DNA of 57,949 nt from Candidatus Parcubacteria bacterium. Lineage in GTDB: Bacteria; Patescibacteriota; Minisyncoccia; Phycocordibacterales; UBA918. The translations under genes and the position numbers were made by a program. Position 1 is the stretch's first letter; every line of letters begins with the position of its first letter. The notes beneath the pieces are model-generated. The model was not told the origin of the DNA, ran no database searches, and was given only the letters and a program-made list of their open reading frames with translations. The stretch lies in NCBI GenBank assembly GCA_041173745.1, contig JBEDID010000001.1, forward strand, positions 1 to 57,949, in the 5' to 3' direction. Positions 1 through 6,527 of the stretch are shown piece by piece.

Positions 1-26
1 CTTTAAGGGTGGCTCTTTTTTAAAAA

Positions 27-302
27 CTACATCTCATCTACATCATCGAAGGTGTCGTAGTCGACGTCTTCGGCGTCTTCTTCTAGTTCTGAGTTTCCTT
101 CATCATCATCATCCTCCTCTTCCTCGTCATCATCCTCCTTGGTTTCTTTGTCGCTTAAAAGTCCAAATCCTTCAATTCCGTCATCCTCATCTTCTTCGTC
201 TAGTTCAACTTCGTCTAGTAAATCATCATCAAGTGATGCATCCTCACTGTCTTCTTCAGGGGTTTCTAATTCCTCTTCTTCATCAATTCGAATGTTCATC
301 AT
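27..302 (-). CDS. hypothetical hyper-acidic protein
   Basis: ORF 27..359(-). The likely start is the ATG pair at 302/299 (MMNIRIDEEEE...). By hand count 52 of the last 90 residues are D/E. No recognisable domain. Confidence 0.5.
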   Translation of the reverse strand: MMNIRIDEEEELETPEEDSEDASLDDDLLDEVELDEEDEDDGIEGFGLLSDKETKEDDDEEEEDDDDEGNSELEEDAEDVDYDTFDDVDEM

Positions 303-383
303 AAATAATAAATTTGTTATGTATGTTTTGTACCAAAATTGCACACAAATGACAATCATTAGTAGTGCATTAGTCGCAGGATT

Positions 384-863
384 CTACTTGGTTCGGCCGT
401 AATGTGCAAGGCAGGTTATACCAACAGCAATCGCATCATACTCATCGTCAAGAGCGGTGGCCGGCGCGGATGGAATCAAACGTTTTACCATATCAATAAC
501 TCCTTTTTTATCACTCTTCCCGTAACCAGTTACTGCCACTTTAATTTCTTGCGGACCAAACTCATGAACGACACAGTTGTGAACCTGAGCGAGGTAAATA
601 ATAATACCGCGCGCTTGAGCAACCCCAATCGCAGTTTTTTGGTTTTTGTTAAAGAAGATGGTTTCGATGGCTAAAGTATTTGGAGCGTAGGTTGTTAGTA
701 GGGAAGTAAAAGCTTCACCAATAACATGCAGGCGCTTGGGAAGCGAGTCTTGTTTATTAGTCTCGACACAACCAGAGTAGAGTATTTGCTCGGATCCGTT
801 TTGGAGTTCTAAGACAGCTACTCCTAAGCGGTCATAACCAGGGTCGACACTAATTACCCGCAT
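384..863 (-). CDS. ruvC: crossover junction endodeoxyribonuclease RuvC
   Basis: MRVISVDPGYDRLGVAVLE... is the RuvC N-terminal catalytic Asp motif. The internal ATG at 863 directly abuts the yebC stop. Size about 159 aa. Confidence 0.9.
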   Translation of the reverse strand: MRVISVDPGYDRLGVAVLELQNGSEQILYSGCVETNKQDSLPKRLHVIGEAFTSLLTTYAPNTLAIETIFFNKNQKTAIGVAQARGIIIYLAQVHNCVVHEFGPQEIKVAVTGYGKSDKKGVIDMVKRLIPSAPATALDDEYDAIAVGITCLAHYGRTK

Positions 864-864
864 A

Positions 865-1404
865 TTATTCAGGGGTGTCGGCGGTGGAATAGATGTTGGT
901 AACATCCTCTAGTTCTTCCAATTTTTCAATAAAATCTGCCAACTTTTCCCCAGCCGCTTCATCGAGTTCTATGGGCATATTGGGAATATAAGCGTGGTCA
1001 ACTTTTGTGAAAGCCCACATAGCTGAGTGCGGAGCACCAAGCTCTAAACCGGCTTTAGAAAAAACGTGTCGAATCAGTGGGGCAGTGCGGTTCATGTTGT
1101 CGGTCACTGCTTCAATTAAGAGTGCAACTCCGCCTGGACCGTAACCTTCAAACATAGCTTCCTCTAGCGCAGAGCTACCAGCGGCACTGCCTTTGGCGAG
1201 CGCGCGCTCGATGTTTTCTTTGGGCATAGAATCCTTCTTGGCTCGGTCTACTGCCGATAACACGCCAGCACTGGTAGTGTTGCCACCAGCTTTTTTGACT
1301 TCCATGGTAATTAACATTGAGTGCTTGGAAAAGACCTTACTTTTTTGCGCATCAGTAGCGCCTTTCTTGTGTTTAATTTTAGACCATTTGTTGTGACCAG
1401 ACAT
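865..1404 (-). CDS. yebC: YebC/PmpR family DNA-binding transcriptional regulator (short form, 179 aa)
   Basis: MSGHNKWSKIKHKKGATDAQKSKVFSK... is the canonical YebC N-terminus. Classic position between ruvC and ruvB. Confidence 0.85.
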   Translation of the reverse strand: MSGHNKWSKIKHKKGATDAQKSKVFSKHSMLITMEVKKAGGNTTSAGVLSAVDRAKKDSMPKENIERALAKGSAAGSSALEEAMFEGYGPGGVALLIEAVTDNMNRTAPLIRHVFSKAGLELGAPHSAMWAFTKVDHAYIPNMPIELDEAAGEKLADFIEKLEELEDVTNIYSTADTPE

Positions 1405-1422
1405 AAATATTTATACTATTGT

Positions 1423-2418
1423 TTAAATAAAGTTTTGAATGTGACTATACGCCGCCGGACTCGCAACGCGCCCGCGCGGGGTGCGTTCGAGTAGACCGTG
1501 GCGTATTAGATAGGGTTCGATAACATCTTCGATAGTAGACATTTCTTCACCGGTGGCGGCAGCAATTGTGTTTAGTCCCACCGGACCACCTTTAAATTTG
1601 TGGATGATTGCTTCTAAAACAGATCGATCTGGTTTGTTGAGTCCAAGGTCATCAATCTCTAACAGGTTAAAAGTTTTGGTGACGATTTCTTCGGTGAGAT
1701 TTCCGGCTTCTAGTTGTGCGAGGTCGCGACAACGTTTGAGTAGATAATTGGCGGTGCGGGGAGTCGCTCGACACCGCCGTGCGATACTGGCGAGAATTTC
1801 ACTTGTGGTGACAACATTAAGGAGTTCGGCCGAACGTTTTAGGATGGTGGCGATTTCATCATCGGTATAAAATTCTAAACGAAAAGTTCCTCCAGAGAAA
1901 CGTGAGCGCAACGGAGCCGAGAGTAGGGAAATTCGCGTAGTCGCAGCCACCATCGTGAACGGTGGCAGTTCGAGTTGGACGGTGCGCGCCGACGGACCTT
2001 TGCCAATAATGATATCGAGCACACCCGATTCCATAGCTGGATAAAGGACTTCCTCAATACTTTTAGATAGACGGTGAATTTCGTCGATAAAAAGCACATC
2101 ACCCGGGGAGAGGTTGGTGAGAATGGCCGCCAAGTCGCCCACCCGCTCGATAGCGGGGCCTGAGGTAATTTTCATGTTGGTGCCAAGTGTTTTGGAGACC
2201 AAGTTGGCGAGCGTGGTTTTACCTAAGCCAGGCGGGCCATATAGAAGAATATGTTCAGCCGCGTGCCCGCGTTCTTTAGCAGCCGTCAGCAGGATGCGGA
2301 GGTTTTCCTTAATTTTAACTTGGCCGATATACTCCTCCCAAGTTTGCGGACGGAGAGTGCGGTCGAGGCCACTGGCGTCGTCGCGAGTGATTTGTTTAGT
2401 TTGAGACGGTTCAGACAT
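1423..2418 (-). CDS. ruvB: Holliday junction branch migration DNA helicase RuvB
   Basis: [12 protein letters not shown], Walker [12 protein letters not shown], Walker [10 protein letters not shown], and a C-terminal winged helix. 331 aa. Confidence 0.95.
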   Translation of the reverse strand: MSEPSQTKQITRDDASGLDRTLRPQTWEEYIGQVKIKENLRILLTAAKERGHAAEHILLYGPPGLGKTTLANLVSKTLGTNMKITSGPAIERVGDLAAILTNLSPGDVLFIDEIHRLSKSIEEVLYPAMESGVLDIIIGKGPSARTVQLELPPFTMVAATTRISLLSAPLRSRFSGGTFRLEFYTDDEIATILKRSAELLNVVTTSEILASIARRCRATPRTANYLLKRCRDLAQLEAGNLTEEIVTKTFNLLEIDDLGLNKPDRSVLEAIIHKFKGGPVGLNTIAAATGEEMSTIEDVIEPYLIRHGLLERTPRGRVASPAAYSHIQNFI

Positions 2419-2531
2419 AAAGCTAGTATAGCAAAATCAAAAAATACTGGTTAGTGGTTATAACCCTAGCTTGTGCTGTAATTATAAAAACCCTATCAAT
2501 ATACTATATCGATAAGGTTTGTTTGTTGGAT

Positions 2532-3086
2532 TTAAACCAACTTTCGAGCCAATAAGAAGTCGGAGCTTCTTGAAAATCTAGGATTCCCAACTTCCGGTTG
2601 AGTAATCATTTCAACAACACCGGGTTTTTTGACGCTCAAGGTTATTGAATGAAGCATGTCACTATAAATAATATCTGACACTTCAACCATAGTGTTGAAG
2701 TGTCCCTGTTGTTTCATGAAATGATCATAACGAGTCATTAGAAAGAACAATATTTCGACTGTGACAAGCTTGTAGCCAAGTGCGGTTATTTCATCATAGA
2801 TGTCTAAGAATGGGATTCTGCTAGAACGCGGTTTGTCAGAAAGTGAAATTATGTCACTTACTCGACCTGTCACCAGTTCGAATTTTTCGGCTACTTCAAA
2901 CTTCGTCTCTACTAAAGTTAGAAGATTGAATGTTTTAACATCCACTAATCCTTTTGATAATAAATCAAAGAGGATAGCTCTAGTTTCTCCACCTGTTAGT
3001 TTATTGACCCAAATTTCGCCCAGTTTTTTAAAAGGTGTTGTTGTTGTCTTGGTTGTTTCAATCTTCACTGCAAGATTTGATTGCAT
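2532..3086 (-). CDS. hypothetical protein
   Basis: ORF 2532..3125(-). The internal ATG at 3086 is preceded by AAGGAG with a 7-nt spacing. No recognisable motif. Confidence 0.55.
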   Translation of the reverse strand: MQSNLAVKIETTKTTTTPFKKLGEIWVNKLTGGETRAILFDLLSKGLVDVKTFNLLTLVETKFEVAEKFELVTGRVSDIISLSDKPRSSRIPFLDIYDEITALGYKLVTVEILFFLMTRYDHFMKQQGHFNTMVEVSDIIYSDMLHSITLSVKKPGVVEMITQPEVGNPRFSRSSDFLLARKLV

Positions 3087-3266
3087 TTCACTTCTCCTTT
3101 TTTGTTTAAGAACATAACGCCACACTCAAGGTTGAGTATCGCCAACAAAGTTCATGCGAGATGAAATCTGTGGGCGACACTTAAGGATGAAAGGCGAGTC
3201 GGGTATTGTAAGTCAGTTATCTATATATGTAAATAAGCACAAAAAAATCCCAGTAAGGGATAGGTG

Positions 3267-3294
3267 TTGACAAAAATTTAATCTATGCTAAGAT
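3267..3294 (+). promoter_or_regulatory. sigma70-like promoter (TTGACA-N16-TGcTAAGAT)
   Basis: TTGACA at 3267-3272, a 16-nt spacer, and an extended -10 TGcTAAGAT ending at 3294. It points toward the DGR target gene about 410 nt downstream. Confidence 0.5.
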
Positions 3295-3350
3295 AGTAAT
3301 CAATCGATAGTTCACAACGTATCAGAAGATACGTTTCATTCTTTACAATT

Positions 3351-3495
3351 ATTCCAGACGATAACTCTCTAAGCAACTTGGGTACGTTGCGAGGGCTTTG
3401 TGGCGCTCACCCTAGAGTGAGAGTGCGGCAAAATTTCTTAGCGCGGTATTCACTTTCAATGCGGAAGCCTTGCTTAGAGAGTTATATTCTGGAAT
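3351..3495 (+). ncRNA. unassigned structured RNA element (24-bp long-range stem enclosing about 93 nt)
   Basis: attccaga(3351-3358) pairs with tctggaat(3488-3495). ataactctctaagcaa(3361-3376) pairs with ttgcttagagagttat(3470-3485). Both are perfect complements separated by 2-nt bulges. The element lies downstream of the 3267 promoter and contains no ORF. Confidence 0.35.
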
Positions 3496-3600
3496 GAACG
3501 GGCGACATCGAGACAGTAACATATTTTTTTATGTTGCAGTATTGACCATCAATCATTTAACTACTCGAATCTAAAAAAACTCAATCAATACAATCACTAA

Positions 3601-3649
3601 TGAGACGAGCGTTTTGAGCCTTAATGCAGGACTTAAAACGCTCGTCTCA
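3601..3649 (+). promoter_or_regulatory. perfect 15-bp hairpin in the leader of the DGR target gene
   Basis: tgagacgagcgtttt(3601-3615) pairs with aaaacgctcgtctca(3635-3649), with a 19-nt loop. It sits about 60 nt upstream of the likely start codon. Confidence 0.5.
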
Positions 3650-3707
3650 TATAAAGATTAGTCGTTGCCGAGCGATTTCGGTAAAACCCCAAGAAAGGAT
3701 GACGTCG

Positions 3708-4517
3708 ATGAAAACATTTAACACGTCTGCACTGGTAACCGCAGACAGTCCGAAAGGACAGAGAGCTACTGAAATGTTCCGCGCTCAATACAACAAGGCT
3801 GGACTCGATGAAGATGGCGCGCAGAGACTCAACGAGCATCATGGCTTCTCTGCCTACCTGCTCGCAGGGATCAGCCGGTTCACGTCGATGCCGGACTACA
3901 CGCTAGCCCGTTCGATCCTCGGCGCGGATTTCATCTCCGCCGACGAGATCACCACGGCCCGGGGCCTCGCTTACACCGAGGACCAGCTCATCGAGCTCGG
4001 GAAGAAGCTCCCGGATCAGGCGACCCTCGAAGCCATCCGCGACAATGGCATGATACTCGTGGCCGGTCCGCCGACCGCGATGACTATGCTCGATGTCCGG
4101 GCCGTCCATACCGACTTCTTCTACTCGAAGGGGCCGGAGCAGGACGACAGTGGATGGTACGACAAAGCGAACGAGAAGTTCGCCCGCACCGACAAGGTCG
4201 AAGCGCTGACATGGATCGCGTTCCGCAAGGAGCCGGTCGAGGGCTCGCTCAACAAGACCTGGTCGGATCAGCAGGCGCTCGTCGCCGAGCCGATGGTGGT
4301 CCCGAACGCCGCCGAGGCAACCTGGGCGCTGACGACCTACAAGGCCGTCCGCGACATCTATCTGCTCGAATCGCTCTACGTCCGCACGTCCAGTCTCGAC
4401 TCGGGCGGTCTCCGTGTCGGCGTCGGCCGCTTCGTTGCCGGGGGTCTGTACGTCTACCGCTGGCACGATGGCGGCCGCGTCGGCCATCTGGGTGTGTCGG
4501 CTGGCAGGAAGTTCTGA
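3708..4517 (+). CDS. DGR target (variable) protein with C-terminal VR
   Basis: ORF 3624..4517. ATG 3708 has AGGA 10 nt upstream, and ATG 3699 is also possible. The last 39 codons are the VR that matches the TR. The gene is GC-rich compared with its neighbours. No signal peptide is visible. Confidence 0.8.
   Translation: MKTFNTSALVTADSPKGQRATEMFRAQYNKAGLDEDGAQRLNEHHGFSAYLLAGISRFTSMPDYTLARSILGADFISADEITTARGLAYTEDQLIELGKKLPDQATLEAIRDNGMILVAGPPTAMTMLDVRAVHTDFFYSKGPEQDDSGWYDKANEKFARTDKVEALTWIAFRKEPVEGSLNKTWSDQQALVAEPMVVPNAAEATWALTTYKAVRDIYLLESLYVRTSSLDSGGLRVGVGRFVAGGLYVYRWHDGGRVGHLGVSAGRKF
4394..4510 (+). repeat. DGR variable repeat (VR)
   Basis: Aligns without gaps to 4896-5012 at an offset of 502 nt. 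The 21 differences all correspond to A in the TR copy. Confidence 0.9.
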
Positions 4518-4539
4518 ACCTTGACCACTTGAGTCCTTT

Positions 4540-4562
4540 GAAATAGTCTCCCAGACTATTTC
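4540..4562 (+). other. 10-bp hairpin 22 nt downstream of the target-gene stop codon (29 nt after the VR end)
   Basis: gaaatagtct-ccc-agactatttc. Its position is analogous to the VR-flanking hairpins that assist DGR retrohoming. Confidence 0.5.
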
Positions 4563-4577
4563 AACTCTTGAAACCTC

Positions 4578-4620
4578 GAGCTTCCGCGCGATTTTTTCGC
4601 TCGGAAGCTCTTTCTTTTTT
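4578..4620 (+). terminator. intrinsic terminator of the target gene
   Basis: gagcttccg(4578-4586) pairs with cggaagctc(4602-4610), with a nested gcga/tcgc stem, followed by tttctttttt. Confidence 0.65.
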
Positions 4621-4895
4621 CATACAAACAAAATATACTTTCCCTATCTTGCTACTGTAGTGTGGGTTACGGTTCACACTCGCGGGATATCTCACTTGGA
4701 GAATCGCCAGAGTGCTGTTGGTCTACGGATCACCGCAGAGCGCGAACAAGGATAGAGAGAACTTCTTGCCCGTTTCTAGTGGAGATGATTCTGCAAAGAA
4801 TCTGCTCTCGTATAAAATTCAAGAAGGAAAGGACATAAACTTTTAACTAAGTAGCAAACCTTAATTTCTGGTGCCACGGACGGAAACGAGCAATA

Positions 4896-5012
4896 TCTCG
4901 ACTCGGACGGTAACCGTGTCAACGTCGGCAACTTCGATGCCAAGGGTCTGAACGTCAACAACTGGCACGATGGCAACCGCAACGACAATCTGGGTGTGTC
5001 GGCTGACAGGCA
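4896..5012 (+). repeat. DGR template repeat (TR)
   Basis: Non-coding and adenine-rich (AAC-type triplets in the VR frame). It is the invariant partner of the VR at 4394-4510 and lies on the same strand as the VR and RT. Confidence 0.9.
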
Positions 5013-5031
5013 GTCATACCTCTATCTATAG

Positions 5032-5060
5032 GGAAACTCCCGCATCAAGCGGGAGTTTCC
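5032..5060. terminator. 12-bp GC-rich hairpin between the TR and the 3' end of avd (bidirectional terminator candidate)
   Basis: ggaaactcccgc-atcaa-gcgggagtttcc followed by ttt on the + strand. It lies immediately after the avd stop on the - strand. Confidence 0.6.
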
Positions 5061-5065
5061 TTTAA

Positions 5066-5416
5066 TTAATGGTCTTTCGTAGACTTAATCCAACCACCGA
5101 GCATTCGCCCAATTTCATCGAGGTTTGCTTCAATGAGTATGTACTTTTTGTCGTCAATCGCTTTTATGTCTTTCATAAGACGGACACACATGCGTAGAAA
5201 ATTAAGTTTTATACTTGTCTTTTCCAATGTAGGAAGCTTATCAGCTTTCGATTGCTGACTTGCATAGAGAATACCTTCAAGTACTTCAATGAGGAGGCTT
5301 TCACATTTCTGCCACAGCGTGTACCGATCTTGCTTCGGAACTGATAATCGTAATTGATAAAACTCTTTGTACAGGTCGTATGTCTTCTTGAAAATTGGTA
5401 TGTCTAAATCATTCAT
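5066..5416 (-). CDS. avd: four-helix-bundle protein, Avd-like DGR accessory variability determinant
   Basis: About 116 aa and all-helical. MNDLDIPIFKKTYDLYKEFYQL...VLEGILYASQ...LDEIGRMLGGWIKS resembles 23S rRNA IVS / Avd family proteins. It lies between the TR and the RT. ORF track 5066..5461, with the start taken at ATG 5416. Confidence 0.7.
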   Translation of the reverse strand: MNDLDIPIFKKTYDLYKEFYQLRLSVPKQDRYTLWQKCESLLIEVLEGILYASQQSKADKLPTLEKTSIKLNFLRMCVRLMKDIKAIDDKKYILIEANLDEIGRMLGGWIKSTKDH

Positions 5417-5532
5417 GTATGAAAATTTATAAGGAATTGTTCTAGCTAATAATTTCTCCACAGGCGTTATTTAAGGCATGGGAGATATTTAAATCCGACA
5501 AACGAAGTAAGTCCGACGTTATAGAGTTTGAA

Positions 5533-6468
5533 ATGGATATTGAAAAACATATTTTTGAACTGTATCGGGATTTGAAAAATGGAACATACCAACACGGACC
5601 ATATAAAGGATTCTGGATTCATGACCCGAAAGTACGACGTATACACAAAGCAACCGTGCGTGATCGAGTACTCCATCACGCCATTTTCCGTGCACTGAAT
5701 CCCATTTTTGAGCCGACATTTATTCCAAACTCTTTTTCTTGTCGTATTGGTAAAGGGACTCATAAAGGAGTAGAGAAACTTAGAGAGATGATTCGAACAG
5801 AAAGTGGCAATAATACACGCCCATGCTTTGTATTGAAGTGTGATGTGAGGAAGTTTTTTGACTCCATTGATCACACCGCATTGCTCGAAATTCTTGCTCG
5901 AAAAATCAAAGATAAAAAAGTTATGTGCCTTATGCATGAGGTCGTTGGTAGTTTCGCTGCGACTCGTGCGAATCTTTTTGACCGAAAAGGTGTGCCAATC
6001 GGTAATCTCACATCACAAATCTTTGCCAATATCTACATGAATGAGTTTGACCAGTTTGTTAAACAAGATCTCAAGGTAAAACACTATGTACGCTACACTG
6101 ATGACTTTGTCCTTATTTCTTCAGATAAGTCATATCTCGAAAAATTACTACCGTCGATGCGAGATTTTCTCAGAACAAAACTTTACCTTGAACTTCATCC
6201 AAAGAAAGTCACTCTCACAACACATCATCGTGGTATCGACTTTCTTGGGTACGTGATTTTGCCTGAACACATTAAGATGCGAAGCAAAACCAAGAAAAGA
6301 ATCCCGAGAAAATTACGTGAGAGCGTAGAACTTTACAAGAATGGTGTAATCAGTGAGTTGACGCTCAAGTCCACACTGCAATCGTATGTGGGCGTTATTT
6401 CTCATGCTGATGCTTATGAATTTGGTGTAGAAACAAGAAATAATTTCTGGTTTTGGTTGAATGAATAA
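5533..6468 (+). CDS. DGR-type reverse transcriptase
   Basis: IGNLTSQ (5998-6018) is the DGR-specific [ILV]GxxxSQ motif. YTDD catalytic box at 6094-6105. FDSIDH motif. The conserved N-terminal region continues in frame upstream of ATG 5533, back to the stop at 5443-5445. Confidence 0.9.
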   Translation: MDIEKHIFELYRDLKNGTYQHGPYKGFWIHDPKVRRIHKATVRDRVLHHAIFRALNPIFEPTFIPNSFSCRIGKGTHKGVEKLREMIRTESGNNTRPCFVLKCDVRKFFDSIDHTALLEILARKIKDKKVMCLMHEVVGSFAATRANLFDRKGVPIGNLTSQIFANIYMNEFDQFVKQDLKVKHYVRYTDDFVLISSDKSYLEKLLPSMRDFLRTKLYLELHPKKVTLTTHHRGIDFLGYVILPEHIKMRSKTKKRIPRKLRESVELYKNGVISELTLKSTLQSYVGVISHADAYEFGVETRNNFWFWLNE

Positions 6469-6527
6469 AAATCTAACTTTTAGGACAGAGACCTTCTTTA
6501 ATTACTTAATCTATTCAAATATTTTAT

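Noticed and set aside
139-402. Ser-rich ORF 139..402(+)
   Set aside because: It is the mirror frame of the Asp/Glu-rich gene (GAx/TCx complementarity). Its product is low-complexity poly-Ser, and it runs into the ruvC 3' end.
3351-3495. Retron msr/msd-like ncRNA (long inverted repeats flanking a structured core near an RT)
   Set aside because: The RT 2 kb away carries DGR hallmarks (IGNLTSQ, matching TR/VR with A-specific changes). It is also separated from this element by the target gene, the TR and avd. Retron ncRNAs lie immediately upstream of their RT.
3624-3707. ATG 3624 as the start of the DGR target gene (ORF-track start)
   Set aside because: ATG 3624 sits inside the loop of the perfect 15-bp hairpin 3601-3649 and has no SD. 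ATG 3708 has AGGA at a suitable spacing. The first 28 codons are also AT-rich leader-like sequence.
3903-4546. Long ORFs 3903..4487(-) and 4154..4546(+) overlapping the DGR target gene
   Set aside because: They lie entirely within the GC-rich stretch, where stop codons are rare in all frames. Their products are Arg/Gly/Ala-rich low-complexity sequence. The VR/TR codon logic (AAC triplets) only makes sense in the 3624/3708 frame.
4776-4988. ORF 4776..4988(-) across the TR
   Set aside because: It overlaps the non-coding template repeat on the opposite strand and has no SD or motif. DGR TRs are non-coding.
5467-5937. ORFs 5467..5937(-) and 5519..5719(-)
   Set aside because: They are antisense to the clearly recognisable reverse transcriptase gene and have no motifs.
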